Below the pieces are notes generated by a model. The model was not told the DNA's origin, made no database searches, and saw only the letters and a list, made by a program, of their open reading frames with translations. A DNA stretch of 64,000 bases from Lingula anatina (Eukaryota; Animalia; Brachiopoda): positions 7,684,587 to 7,748,586 of the forward strand of contig CM120648.1 of the NCBI GenBank assembly GCA_051362555.1. Reading direction: 5' to 3'. Positions 22,451 to 37,682 of this stretch are shown here, piece after piece; the first letter of the stretch is position 1; the number at the start of each line of letters is the position of its first letter. Made by a program: the position numbers and the translations under genes.

Positions 22451-23139
22451 GTAATAAGAGACCATTCCCAGACCCTATCGTTTTAACTTTGGATCGAACT
22501 ATCTCCAAGGGGATTCTAGCTTAATTGCAATCAACTTTGATGGCCATAGATGTCTGTCACGCCTACTGAAGCTGATACGGGGTAATTAACTATCATTTAG
22601 CAGCTTTAGTAGGTGTCCGAGACATCTAAGCCACTTATGATGAAAGCAATTTAGCAAGAAACCCTGTGGAGGTGGACTGATCCTGTTAGATGGGAACCCA
22701 GTCTAAGGTATTTGTCATCAGTTGATGTGGTGTTGTGGAGTTAGGTGTCAGACTGGTTCATTTTCAAAAAGGTGCTACCAGGTAGTCATATTTAATTTTA
22801 TTAAGCAAGGATTTGACAAAGATTTGAATAAATATGGGTGAAATTTGTCTGCCTGTGTGGGGTTGTCAGGACGTCAGACATACTTATCACTGGACTTCAT
22901 CTACTGAGTCTTATTTCTGTCAACTCTAGTGTATGTTGACATGTGGTAAGCCCTAAACTAGCCTCATGTTAGAACACTTTATAAAATAATCTTACTAGCA
23001 TCAAATTTGCTGCTTTAATTAATTTTGATCACTATATTGATTTTGAACTACCATTGCTTTATTTGAATAGGTCAGGTCTATATTTGAAAGACTTGTTGAT
23101 AAAATCTTCTCCATGTACAACTTTTTGTTTTCTATTCAG

Positions 23140-23345
23140 AATCCACAAGAGCGCCTTGGCTGTCACCCACAGACCGGCTTTGCAGATATACAGTCACATC
23201 CATTTTATCGACCAATCGATTGGGACCTCCTTGAAAAGAAGCAGGTGACGCCACCCTATAAACCCCACGTGAAAGACGAACGTGATTTGGAGCACTTCGA
23301 TCCACAGTTTACTAATGAGCCAGTACAGCTAACGCCAGATGACAC
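23140..23345 (+). CDS. aPKC: aPKC exon, AGC C-tail with turn motif ([14 protein letters not shown]…[17 protein letters not shown])
   Basis: tctattcag| and |gtgagt; 206 nt. Confidence 0.97.
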
Positions 23346-23627
23346 GTGAGTGTTTGAATAGACCTTGTTTTTTGTTTTAAGAAATTTGTGAAACATGTTT
23401 CCATTTTGGACAGCTAGATCGTAATCACTTTACAAAAAAAGGAAGAAATTATTGAAAAAATTGGGCAGGATAATTTATCCAGAACAACTCTATGAGAGGC
23501 TGGAAAGAAATTAGTAGAGACCTTCAGTCTATTTATTAAATCAATCAAGCATTTCTCTGACCATACTTAGACTTTTCATGCAGTTTCTTGAAATATATCA
23601 TGATCCAACTACTTTATTTCTTTACAG

Positions 23628-23715
23628 AAAAATAATTTCCAAGATTGATCAAACAGAATTCGAAGGCTTTGAGTACATCAATCCGTTGTTGATGTCGATG
23701 GAGGACTGCGTGTAG
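23628..23715 (+). CDS. aPKC: aPKC last coding exon ([28 protein letters not shown])
   Basis: ttctttacag|; FEGFEY hydrophobic motif with phosphomimetic Glu typical of aPKC; C-terminal EDCV PDZ-type ligand; TAG at 23713-23715. Summed exon lengths keep the frame. Confidence 0.97.
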
Positions 23716-23852
23716 CAATGGCTGCAGTCGAAAGCGTCACACCAAACACAATGGCTCTGTCACACTTAACACAATAAGCTATCACACTCACTGCAATACA
23801 GGAGTTTTTTATGAAACGATACAATTCACAGTGAAGGACTAAGAGAATGGAT

Positions 23853-23858
23853 AATAAA
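23853..23858 (+). promoter_or_regulatory. Candidate proximal polyadenylation signal of aPKC
   Basis: AATAAA 138 nt after the stop, followed by a T-rich tract; another AATAAA at 24471. Confidence 0.4.
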
Positions 23859-26800
23859 AATACTGTTTTTTTTTATAAAATACCTACTATGATAGTATTC
23901 AGAACCTAAAATGAGAAAATGTGTGGTCTGTGGCAAGCACTGTCAGCTATTGGTGTCACTATCATAACATTGAACACAATAGAACCGTACACGAAAAAAA
24001 AAGTTGACAAAATCGGGATGTCACAACCAGTGTCACAACTAACACAATGAGCTTGGAACCGACCAGAACATTTTGCGCAATGTGGCAAAAGATGTCAAAT
24101 GGCTTTCTCCACAAACGCAATTGATTGTAGCTAGCATTAGTACCTTGCCATCTCGCGGTTGTCTAGTACACGTTATATTTATAAACTTTACAATGGATGA
24201 AGTTAACTATTAGTTTATTAGATTAAGTTTTATTAACTTTTTATAGTTAATTTCTTTAAGCATAATATATTAGGGGGTTGGGGTTTTTAGTAGGATTAAG
24301 TTGCTGTATCACAAAGAAAGAGGTTAATTAAATTGAACCCTTGATTGCCTTACGTCGAACAAATACTAACTGTAAAATAGTTTGACAAGAAAGAACTGAA
24401 TAATCATTGGGGGGAAAAGTGAAGTTGGAAGTTTGAGAACCATGCTAGAAAATTCTGGTTGAAAGAAAGTAATAAATTTGATATGTTATAAAAGACAGTT
24501 TGTCATCGGGAACAAGCGCTTACATATTGCCCTTTTTTGTAATTATGTAAAGTTATGGCTATAAACGATGAATATTATATGCTTGACTGAAAGTCTTACT
24601 GTTGTTTATCAGGCTTTAAGAGTTAATATGAGCTGTGCTTACATTTCTGATAGAGTAATAGTATATCAAGCCATTAATTTATGCATTCCCTCTAAGCACA
24701 ACGGGCAGTTAATTGACATTTAGTGCACTAACGATAAAACCTTGAATGCACGTAATTGAACAATTATTCATTTTAGTGACCGTTACCGAAAGCTGTTGAT
24801 CTCGCCGAGTAAAAACATCGTACGCCCAAGTAGAAATACGCACCAAGAATACCCCTCACTCTACCGTAAGGTCCGTAAATGCCCTCGAAAAGACCTTTCC
24901 CATTATTTTTAATGTGTTCTGTGTCCTTTTTGTAAGCCCTCGGTGCTCAGTTTGCGTGGTCAATAGTTAACCTTCACCACAGCGATTATACTTCATCCTT
25001 GGACATGCTTAATTCTAAGAAAATTGGTCATTTTGACTCGTTTAAGTAACACATTCATCTTACCGCGATTTTCATTTAAGCCAATTTTGGTTCGTTTTAA
25101 AGCGGCGCTGTTTCTATGGCTGATTGTGTTCCGAGCGACACTTGATAAATGCGGTGCACTCTGGACAATACGAGTTGAATTACCGGTGTTAAGACAAGAG
25201 GATGGTTTCTTCAGCTTTTAATATACAAATTAAAAAATCCACATATAATAGAGATTGGATTGCTATTTGTAAGTTTTGCAAGTCTTTTATAATGGTTTTC
25301 TATTCGTCTTGATTGCTTCACTTGATTACAGCGACTAAGACAAAAATCAGAAGTCATAAATTTTGCAGGCATTACTCTGTATCAATTGTCAATCTTCTGT
25401 ACATTTTCTTCGGGAAATGCTTGTTTTTGCAAGAGATCGAACATCTATTTCTTATATTCGCTGTAATTTGGAGACTCGTGAATGAACATCTTATCTAACG
25501 ACCGGTATACAACAGGAACGGTAGTTCTAGGAATAGTCCGGGGTCCCGTATGATAAGTAGTCGGAGTATTGGGGTTAGTATATGGGGTGAATGCCACCTG
25601 TACTAGGTAATGGGTAACTGAATACAATTCGTGGCGGAAAACCATTCTTAATTGTCACACCGGGATATGTTGGCAAACGCACCATCTATCGACGAAAGGG
25701 TGCATAAGGCATTTGATTTTAGATCTAGCAATGATGCAGTAGCTTGGTGGTGTAGCTTTCAGCTTTTATGTTTGTATGGATTTCAGTGACTTGTATAATC
25801 ACTTTTTTCATTTAGTAAATAAACGTAGATTGACAGACCATTGAATGGATAAAGAAAGATTAAAGAAATAAGTAAAAAAGGCAAATTATAAAAGATATAT
25901 GATATTTTTGTAAACATACGATCTTTTTGCAGAGATCACGTTCTTCGCTTTGAAAGATGAACTAATTTCCTGTTGGTGCGTTGTTCACAGACTGAATGTA
26001 TTCAATTACCCCGCTTATCAAGAACAGTCTGGAAGGTTCTTAGAACGGAACGTCATAGAGTGCAATCGGGCATGTTGTTCAATTCCTGAGCCTCCAGGAA
26101 TATTGTGGGAAATTACCTGAACGTATTGAAGAAATCAAAGCAGAAATGGCTTATTATTGAACTGGGATTAGACGAAACACGAGTATTTACGTCAATGATG
26201 AAAGGCCTCTGTCGGTACTAAATCCACAATTTTGCACACATTGTTTTTTTTTACTATATTTTATTTCTTCAGAAAATATTATCATGAATTGTTAACAAGA
26301 CTATCTGATTTTAACCTATGTCGCATTTTAAGATATTTCGATTATCTTTCCCAGTGATTGCAAGAAAAGTGCTGTTTTGGAAAAGATTTCTGACCCATTT
26401 TGTTCAAATAAAGCTAGTGGTTACCGTGAATACCAAATTGTATTACTGATATAAGTGATCTCTCACTGCAGCGAAAGATGCCATCCTTTGGGGATTGGAG
26501 GGAGAAAGGAAGAAAGGACACTTCATAAGTTTTCCTGTTGGCATTTATGTTTTCTCTGATTCTTAATGAGCTCATGGTTTGGCACGTGTTAGCCTCTCAT
26601 TACTCACTAATGTGTTCCTGAGATATTTTTACTTATATTGGCTTAGTTTACCACTTGTTAGCGCATTTGCTTCTTATTAATTTCTGGTAAAAAAGGCCAT
26701 TTTATATCACTGGATAGAAAATCAAAACCCAGAAAGTAGTCTCAGACCTTTAAGACTCCAGTGTATGCCATAATGTGCATTGATGAAAATATAAGTCACG

Positions 26801-28403
26801 AAACGAAAATCCCATTAACTAACTCTTTGATTTTGATACTGTTGAAGGAAGATGAATGGTTACAAGAGCGGTTTAGTTACACGCCATTGCGCAAAGGTAG
26901 GTATCAAGACGTCAAACTTCTGAGCTATTGTGTAGTTCAAGCGCAATGCCAGTCACTGATACTGTTAAGTGAAAAACGTGGAATGGAGACTAAGCATCTG
27001 CCTCCATTTCCCTACCGTAGAAGAGCGTAACAAACGACACGAGGTTAAACCAAGCAAATTTTTCATACCCGTGCCCTCTATATTAGTAAAAATGACCATC
27101 GTCCACTGTTTCATATTTACCTCGAGTCGCCCGTCAAATATTTTTTTATGCTTGTGCCCCCGGCCCCCAAGCCAAACCCCCTTCCCTCCCCACCCCCACC
27201 CCCCACTGCAAAATCCTAGATAGACCAATGAAACTAAGATAACCGGTCACTAGTTATCAGCAGGACAATGCAATAATAAACGCTTTCGTAATTCGAGGAA
27301 AAAACACAAAGCATCTTGCTATTTGGATATATATTTACATAGGCTAGTAACATACGCATTAGGGAGTACTATGAAAGCGCACCTGCACTAAGACGATATG
27401 TAAATAAAGTGAAAAAAAAAATACCACGTAAACAACCACCATGAACGAGGGTACAAGTAATAACATATTTGGAAACTAGTGAAGTCTGACAAATAATCTC
27501 CGGGTGCTGAAAAAAAATCAATTTTGCAATTTGCTTTTTGAAATACATTGATAACTGGCTAAAGTAGAAAATATAAAGCAACATTACTCAGAGTACTCAG
27601 GGATTATTAAGGGAAATTAACGTTCCGCACCTGAGGCGAATGAAACAAATCCCTCTAGTTTGTTGTTAGATTTATGAAAGGAATCTTTCTGCCTTTTTTT
27701 TCTTTTATTATCTTTCTAAAATAAACTTTTATGTCCACACTGACATAATGAATGAATATTAGAAGGCATGATTTTCACAGAAAACACATTTTAGCGTCCC
27801 GTGATGTTAGAGATATCTGCTTTGGAAGTAATATGGCGTCTCCAGCAGAATGGGGGTTGGTGGTGGCGGGGGGGGAGGGGGGGGGCATGAATCATGTGCG
27901 TTTGTATGCTTTTAAATACAAATCTCTGACGCTTGATTACAAAATAGGATAAAAAATTAATGGTGATTTGATTACTATTTTCTTGATAATCTGTTGACTG
28001 GAATTTTGCTTTAATATTGACGATTGTAAACGTTTTTCAGTGAAAATGTCATCAATCAACGAAGAAGTCGGTGTAAGATTGATAAGAAGCGATAAAGAAT
28101 CCTCTTGTGATTTGTCTGATCAATCATAGGAGGATAACGTATCTGCTGGGATCGAAATACTATGTTTTTTTACATCGAGCTGTACAGTACCATTTTGATT
28201 GGTCCTGACGTGAAATTGTACGCTACTGGGGTTTTACTCCCTTTCACAAATTAAGCCTAAACTCAAATACCAATCGAAAATTATCCTGTAAACTGGTCGT
28301 GTCGAGCATGGTCTCTGTTTAGGTGAATCTTCTACGTAACAACCATGCATGCATTGAACGTTGTCAATTTCACAACCTGGTGCAATACAGAAAAACTGTA
28401 CCG

Positions 28404-28462
28404 CTGTACAAAGTAATGGGGGACGGACAACGGTTCCTAGCAAACTGCCATTCCTGTTACAC
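28404..28462 (+). repeat. Dispersed repeat fragment (copy 1)
   Basis: ctgtacaaagtaatgggggacggacaacggttcctagcaaactgccattcctgttacac aligns by eye with the reverse complement of 35330-35387. Confidence 0.8.
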
Positions 28463-29242
28463 CGGTTTCGCAAGGATTAGATTTTGCTCGCTTAATCAGC
28501 AAGCAAGGGGACTAGCTTTTGGCGAAATATACACCCTTGGGCCTATCCCTATTTACAAAATAGCGAGAGAAATGCCGTAAACATTTGTCATACACCAGGA
28601 CAGTTTGTATCCCCAGTTATGTTAGATTTTAATAGATGTTCGTTTACACGTAAATATCTTTGTTGAACGCTTCCCAACTAACGTTTATCGTCTTAGACAA
28701 GTAGGCACAGCCCACTGGCAACATGTCATTCCATCTTACTTATATTTGTACGGGTGTTGGCAATTGTATATTCATAGTGCAGAATAATTACAATTGGGTT
28801 TTAAAAAGTATCGGACATGTCATTAGTACAAAGAGATTTTAATTTGATTCCCACAGCAATAAAATTGATATCGGCTCCATTAATTCTCCCCAAGAGATGA
28901 TCAAAATAACATTTAGCAGATATTCTTATTGACTAATACCCTACAATTTGACAGTGACATAAGGGGGGGGGGGGTAGCATTAATAGCAACTTCAGAGAAG
29001 ATGCTTTGGTCCCTTTTGGTCAAGTTTTAACATTAAACACGTGCTTACGTACTCATTTATTTCTATAGTAGTTTTTCTTGGTGGATGGCGTAAGGGTCTC
29101 TGGAACCGTTTGCAAACTATCTGGCAGACATTTGCGTACCAGAGAGTATTGAGATGTCGTAGTAGATATATGGCATCGTTCATCGTATCACTGAACTCGT
29201 ACTACAAAGGGAAAATGTGCAGTTAACCCCATTTTTAAACCA

Positions 29243-29279
<37 letters not shown>

Positions 29280-30109
29280 TTAAAATCTACTTCACTTTAC
29301 AGTTGACGTACATGTAGTCTGCCTACCAGTGAGGTGAAATTAAATCAAAATGTATGATTTATCATTACAAAGAAGGTAGAAGTACATTCGCAATTGCCAA
29401 TAAATTGATTGACACTTGGGTGAACTCACATTGCATTGCGCTGTCAGAAAAGATACACTGTACCATTTATAATTCATATTAACTGTTTACGTTTATTGGC
29501 TGGGTTAAGCGATGAATGATCTGCTGGCATGAAATGGCTTCGATTCAAGTTTGCTTAACAAAAAGACCACTCACCAACGTACAATCAGACAAGCAAATAA
29601 AAAGGGATAGAAGGTCCGTAAGTGCATTTTTATTTCACGTTACACATGCATTTAAGAAATAGATGTACATGTTTGTTTTTCGTAGCAATACAAGGCCGTA
29701 ACCAACTAGAATCCAACTGGACACGCACATTGCTTACCAAGAACCATCCACCTGAACCTCACTATGGAACCTCTGTTTACATGTACTAGTAAAATTATGC
29801 TATTCGCTTTTGCATCTGTCCCAAAGTCATCATTTCTATGTCTATATGTATCATGCAAAACTACTCATCTTTTCCTATTCAGAACTTACTATAAACTATA
29901 TTTAATCCCTCAAATAAAAGTACCTGGTGTCGAAATCTCCTTCTGAAATCTACAGGAAGACATGGTGGTAAAAGGGACTGGTTGGTCATTAGAACTAAAT
30001 TATTTTATTAGAAATAGTGTGAAGTATCGGACCCAATATGTGAGTGTATAAGACGTTTTGTTTGCTTAAATACACAAAATTTGCTTTGGATGCCATTTAA
30101 AGTGGCGTG

Positions 30110-30159
<50 letters not shown>
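30110..30159. repeat. (ATT)n microsatellite
   Basis: Direct reading. Confidence 0.97.
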
Positions 30160-30160
<1 letters not shown>

Positions 30161-31590
30161 TGAAAATCAATATACTAATTGATATTTGTTTTGTCCGTAA
30201 GAAGCCTATCACAGATGTAATTTGTGTGAAAATGAATCCTGTTTGACGAAGTATCAGTTAAATGTATTTTCCGTCATTCATGAAATATGTTTCAATTACA
30301 CGTGTATAATCTCGTTTTAAACGTATCCCCAAGGATATTGGCTGTATCTTTGTGAAAATTATAAACGGAGATGCCAAAATAAAGTAATTGAATTTGACAA
30401 AAGACAGGTGTCATTTTTCTGCCGTGGATGAAAAACAACATCTTATTAATGATGATTTGCAAATCATTCTATCATGGTTTAGTAATTGCTTTCCTATTAC
30501 CCCAAGGACATACATGTACGATTAATCGCATACTCGCCTTCGAAAAATAACGACAGAAGTCGTGTCTAACCTTATTGCAGTGAATATGCTGCCGTAAATT
30601 ATCAATATCTGACTGTTTGTTCATTTTCGAACATCTATTTTACTATGGCAGTGTGTATAGGCAATGGGATTGAAGGCCTTACCACGAATGCTGGTGCTGA
30701 ACTGGGTACCGTCCCGCGAAAAGATCCCAGGACTTATAATAATACCTCTCTTTGACACTCCTAGTAAAACATTTTTTTTCTGCCCTGGCCGCATTTGCGT
30801 GTTATACTTTTGTGTGATTAAATCATTCTTAAACACATAAGTCAGTAAGTTTGGTCAATGGTATATGCAATTTACTATATATATTATTTTATAACTTCCA
30901 GATGAAGGCTCAGAGTGTTTTATTTCCGCCAGGTTTCTCTCATTAGTTTGAAGCTCTGCTGGAGTAACTTTTAACGCAGTTTGGCTCTTTCTTACAGCAA
31001 AAGACTTTAAATTAAAGTGAAACCTGGTGGCAAATGTGTTCCAACATACACATCTTTCTCATTAAATCTTTTTCCTTCTTTGAGACTGGAAGATATTTTC
31101 AAAGTACATATTTATGAGACCCTTTTAACCTTTACGACTCTTAACTCTTAAGTAACCTTTTGATAATGATCTTTTTATTTCGAAAAAAACATTCAACTCA
31201 TCTGAATGGCATGAGGTTCAAATTAAGAGTTGGGTAAAACACCACTTAAAGTTACTTTTTTGGCTGTAACCCAATGTTTGAATCAGGGCTTTGTCGAAGT
31301 TTTGAGATGATTGAACGTTGCGCTGGCCGAGTCATGCCTTTTAGTTTCCAAGATGACCTTCAGAGGAAGTTTACGTCACCTTTAGCTCGCCTCTCAAACA
31401 CCACGTTGGTAGTCGCAAAACAGACGAAGATGACAAGCATACTGTGGAAAGCTCCTTGTAATTTATAATCTTTAAGTGTGCATTTGGCTTTTGCGAAATG
31501 CTTAAAATGTTCATCAATTCAATTAGACACTGATACGTAACTCCCTTCTGTTCATTGTTTTAGAGGCAATATCCCTCAATGGGGATTCAT

Positions 31591-31625
<35 letters not shown>

Positions 31626-34600
31626 TTATAATCCTCAATGGGGATTCATTTACTGGATCATCCGATGCACTGGGTAAAGAGGTGATGCCTGAGTAAAGAT
31701 CTGACTCAGAATGAAAGGAATGGGATGGTTCAATGATAATAAAATTTTATGGATTAACGTGATGTTTATACTGGTAGATCCCCAAGAGGTAGGTATTACG
31801 CTCATGGCCGTCTGTAATCGGTGTGCCTGCTTTGAGAGTACAAGTACATGTACTTATCAGAAAATATATTTTATAATTTTCACTTTAGGCCTATTTTGCA
31901 TGTGTCAAAATGTAAACGAGTTGCACCTTGGACATGTTTCAGGTTTCACGCTGAGTTTTTACCTGTTGCTATATGAGATATAGCGTTTGAAAAAAGTCCA
32001 ATAACCATATTCTTATCCTGGAAATATTCTCACATTATCCCTTTTGGACCTAAAAGGGATAAACCCCCCTAAAATAAAAGTTTATCTGAAACTAACCTTG
32101 TGTCGTTGTTATATTATCGGCTTTAATTTGTTAGGTACACGACATAGGGCCGCGATATAAAACACTGCACCGTTCTTTTGTGTAATAAAAATATATATAG
32201 GCCACGCTGGGGGAAGGAAGGTAAGGCAGATGTCGTTCTAAACGACTGGCCAGTCATTTAGAGGTAAATGATTGGATTTATAGGTACATACAGTATATAC
32301 TAAGCAAAGGCGGGGTATGAGTTCCCAGCAACACACATATAAACCACTTCTATTAGTTTTTTGTACGACTCAAATAAAGTCGACATGTCAGGGGATAAAT
32401 CGTATTATATAATCATTCGATCAGCCATAAAAGAGCTTTAAGCTGCACGTTCTTTAAATTTTTAGTCGTAAACTTAACCTCTTTTTCTGAACTACTTGCC
32501 TGCCCCATTTAAATACAGCATAGAAAGCAAGCGGAAAAATCTATTCAAGTATAATTTTTCAGGTAATATGAAACGTTGCCTTATGGTATTCTCTAAGTTA
32601 TGCTATTTGAAACTATGTGGTGACATTTGCTCGGCTTTTGTAGCAAAAAAAAATTGAGTTCATATGCATCTTTAAAAAATGGAACGCAATATCGAATCCA
32701 AGTAAAGGGACGGGTCGATTAATGACTAGTGAGTAAGAAAAATATTTTTCTTTTTCAGGAAAATGCATTTTGGTAGAAATATGTTTTAAGTAATGACATT
32801 AAGTTGACATAAAATGATAAATAAAAATTGTGAGCATAATCATATTAGCTACGGGAGGATCGCACTTTCACCACCAGATATGATGCATAAGGTGTTAAAT
32901 TTTTTCCTCGAAATTCGTGTAATGCTACTCTTTTTTAGTCAAATATTGATGTATGCTGTGATGAAACAGATTTGAAAATCGAATTAGTTTTGGATATCAT
33001 CATTTAGATGTGACTGGCCACATAAAAAGTAATTATCCTAGAAACGTTATTTATTTCAATAAGCGAGCCGTTCGGTAAATTCCTTTCACTCAAGGGATGC
33101 TGGTTTATTGTGTCAAGCCATGAGCCATAAATTATTTCTAGATATTGACAAATAATTAACATAACATGTGCACATTAACACACAAACACACTGAACATTC
33201 ACCCACATACTATTAGACGAGAGATAGAGAGAGATCAGATTGATAAGAGCAGCTTCAGCGTACATAATCTTCAGAGAGAAGTCAATTTTGACAAATGAAA
33301 ATGAAATGCATCAAATGATCTTTCTTTTTGATGTAAAATGTTCATTTGGGCTGAGACACATGTGTCTTTTTCCTTTTTAAATTATTAAAAGGAAAGTGAA
33401 TTTTAAAAGAAAAGTAAAATCTGTTCACAGGGAGGCAATTTATGAGAGATGACTACCATGCAATTTCTTAGCTCAATTTAGAAAAAATAATCAAACATCT
33501 GTCCATGTTTAACAAGCTTTCCGTATATAGGTCCATTTGAATATTTCCTCGCACGCAGTGAAAGGAAAGACAATTTTCATTATTTACATCTGTCAAAAAT
33601 ATTTGGTTTTCCCATCAATTGCAGTCTGTGCGGGAAAGGGGAACATGTGCAAGGAAACGCCCGTCACATTGTAACGAATCACCCGGAAGAGCGCTCATCT
33701 TTATGAGAGCAGCTTGTCTTGCAACGCACGCACCTGCCATTATGAACAATTGAGTTGCACAGGCGAGTTGTACATGTATGGCGTAAAAATGGGTCGTGTG
33801 GCTTCTTTTATCTGTGCAAACTTGTACTAATATCTCTCTCTCTATCTTCTTTGTGTATATCATACTGTACTAAACAAAGGATTATGACAAATTATCACGA
33901 GGTTTTCTTTTTCACAATTAATATTCTACAATGAATTCCGCGAACGGCTGATGCAATTTTTCTTTAATTCTTTTCTTGCCATCCAAGCAAACGCAGGTCA
34001 GGAGGTACTGCTTTTAACCGTTCGTTAATAGTCGTTCAAGCGTCGGATTGGCGTTAAGTGCGTAACATTATCAGATATTCATACCCACGGGAATCTTATG
34101 TACATATAAATGTACACGTGCATCAATTTGTTTCTTCTATCAGGGTTCTTTGGTTCAGGCTATGTTTCAAGTCTAACGCCAAGTACAGGTACCTGTTAGA
34201 TTATGAACGATTTCGCATCATGATTTAATAGACAACGGAAACGTTTACAGACGTACGTCTTGTCGTTACGGATCGCCAGAGAGGACAACCAGCATTCTTG
34301 AGTACATTAGTAAAACGCTGTTTTTCTTTGTAAAAATGCAAAGAATGAATGGAGCAAAAGCAATGGCGCGTGCAAGGGACAATTAAACGCAACGGCCATT
34401 CTATTTTAAAATACCACATCTATAATTAATTGATTTTATTTCGTTTCTCTATTGAGAATAATTCCGTAAAAGTTTCAGCAGTTCTCTCCCAATAAAAGGT
34501 ACCGAAGTAAACATGGAATGATCAGATGTCATATTCATAGATGTTTTTTTTGCTGGTTATTCAGAAAAAGGAGATTCACTAAACTGCTACAGCATCTAAA

Positions 34601-35329
34601 AACGGCCGTAATCGTTTCCTTTAACTATGTAAAACGTCAATTTGATCAAGAGTGCAAACCTGTAAAATGAAAATGCCGTCAATCGGGCATCAAGTATGAA
34701 GAAATCACGACAGACATGTCTAGACTAGTGTCTCAGTGTATTGGTCTCCAGGCCAACGAGAGGACCAGCTTAAATAAGAATGGGGGCAACAGTATAAATT
34801 CTTTAAATGGATTTCCTATGCATTATTTCATTGCAATTTAACTATACTTCAAGGGATTATTTGCATTTTTCTGAACATGTGCTGAACATGAATTTTTATT
34901 AATATACTGGGTGCCTGCATTGCAGGTTTATTGCCATTGTTATAAGCGTCAAAAGCGTCATGGCTATAGGAAAAAAAAAGAAAAAAAAAACTGATCCAGA
35001 TTTTCTTAGGGTTGAGCGCGTCAAACAATATATAACTATTGACAAGGTTCTATGGATGTCAGTTTCAACAAGTACAACAGGCGATCAATTAACTGACCAA
35101 GCACACAAATGTCAAACCGTTTTATGTTATTCTCCAATTATAAGATACCAGCAGTGTCCAGCTGACCATTGAAAACTGTGCAGGTCTTTTTGGTGGTATA
35201 CAGATGCTTTGTTTTATTTAAAGAGTGTTGGAGTTTTCCCGCCAAACAACATTGCACATAATTGAAACAGTCCGTTATCAGGCATCTGTGTACATATATA
35301 CGGTGACGCATGGAATACAAGGCGACCAA

Positions 35330-35387
35330 TGTGACAGGAATGGTAGTCCGCTAGGAGCCGTAGTCCGTTCCCCATTACTTTGCACAG
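35330..35387 (-). repeat. Dispersed repeat fragment (copy 2, inverted)
   Basis: Reverse complement reads ctgtgcaaagtaatggggaacggactacggctcctagcggactaccattcctgtcaca. Confidence 0.8.
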
Positions 35388-37682
35388 GTGACATTCGTCC
35401 CATATACTTACAGATGAATACTTCAACTAACTGTAACTTGTACTGATCATATGGGACCTAGGACTTTCATTCCTGGCACACTAGCTTTCTAAGTTTAGCT
35501 ACCTGTAAGTCAGAAAACTTTTGATTTTTCATGAAACAGAGGGCTAGCTGGCACAAGGACTGCCCACAGGCCATGCTATATGCTTTTCTAGTCAACATTG
35601 GAGCCCGAATTGCCATTAACCGTTCCAAATATTAATGCATAAATTCATAAAACGAATTGCTCCAATACAAATATGAACTTTTATTACGTAATAACATCTA
35701 TCTTTACATAACTATATTTGCAATAAAAGATCACGGAATTGTAATTATGACTTATGTTTAAATGAATACGCAAAAAGACATCCAATTGAGACCATAGCCA
35801 ACATGAGATTAGCACTAGTGGTGAAAATGCTTCTAAAACATGTTAAAATTAAAATTTCTGTCCACAAATGTTTGTAGTAATCTACAAAAATATTAGCTAC
35901 ATCGGCATACCTACGCTTTAAATAATTTTGTAAGCTTTTATTGATATCTTTGCTTTAATGCCCCGTGTAAAAGTTTGTTTATCCATTCATTCAAAAACTG
36001 CGCTACAATTTATTTCACTTGTCATTTTTTTCAATTATTGGTGTTTTTCAACTTCTGTCATTACCACTAAGTTCTTCACCATTTTAAGTATACTTACAAT
36101 CTCATCGCCACCAATTCATTCACCATTTAAAGCACGCGTAAGATAATTTCATTTTTTTTAAAGCTTCCATTCAGTCAGTGAAATCAAATGTTTTTAAATG
36201 TCGTGTTTTCATATGATTCACTGTTTAGCAATAAAGAAACCAACTTTTTTCTATCCCAAGATCCATTAAGACGATTGCCATGTGCTGCGATGATTCAGAT
36301 CTAATTTGTTCTAACAATAAATCAAATAGATTAGTTCAAAAACCAAAATTATGAATACACACTTCTTTTGCACTCTTAGCTGAATGTTAGGCCACGGGCG
36401 TTGTTCTCGATTGCAACATGTTGTCACCTTATTCACTGTACCTACTTAATCCTGTCCGTGAATTGGTTCACATAAAGTAGTCACCCAGAACATGTAATTA
36501 TTAAACACATTTTCCCCGTAAGTTCTTCATTATCCACTGTACTGATTTTTGCACTTACTCGCACTTCACGACAACTGTTGCACAATATGTGTTTTATTAA
36601 ATATGAAGTGCGCTTCATCACCAATCTCCTGTTGTATAACAAAAGAGAATGTGGTTTTGTAACATCTAATATTTATCAGATATTTGCCTAGACAGCCTAC
36701 TGTCATCACGGCAAGTGATCGTATTCACACAAACACCGGCTCAATTATATGTAACAGATTGACAACAGATAAAAAGTGATTAAGGTTAACGGTGCTGAGC
36801 TGAAAATAAACTTACGGGTAGAGCACTGCGATGTGTATTGACACTACATATCTACATAAAACAACAGATTTGAATTTTTATCTTCAGATAATATACGAGC
36901 CTGCCAACATAAAGGAGACTTAACGTGCCACTTCTATTATATATATATAAATAAATATATATTAAAACGAATATTTGTGAAACGCGTCTTTGCTGAAATG
37001 CAAAGGTTGCTTCTACGGTATACTAAGTACGAAAAGCTACAATCATACGGTTTATAACCAATAACAAAACAGACCCCATATTCAATCAACTCATATATAT
37101 ATATATATGAATGTCAGAATAATTAAAAAGTATTTACACTTCTGTGAAGAGTGGGGGATTACAATGTTTTCCTTTTCGCGTTTCTTTCCTGTACAAACAG
37201 CCCTACGTAAGTACACACTTAAGTAACTCATCCCCTTAAAAGGGTGTAAAATGTCCCCAAAATGTCCGGCAAAACATTCAAAGAAATCATATAAGCATCT
37301 AAGGGTCATATTTTGTAAAAGTAAAAATATCTGCAAATTCTTATACAGCTAGACACCGACATATTGGTTATGAATCTACCGACCTAAACTAGAAATGGCT
37401 ACTTAACGTTATTAAAATTGTACGCATTTATTTGTAAAGTCGTTAATTTGCAACGACATATACATTTACTACTAAATGTGACTATGGTGTTAAAACCAGA
37501 CTTCCAAGCTTAAAAGGGACAGGTGCGTCAACTTTAAAATAGCTTGCAAAAATGTGCTTAGATAGTTTAATGTATAACGCCAGTCCCTCGGCTACATGTA
37601 TCACCTACATGTACCTATTTACTCATGATACTACACCTTACATATATATATATATATATTGAAATACAATACTTGAACAGTT

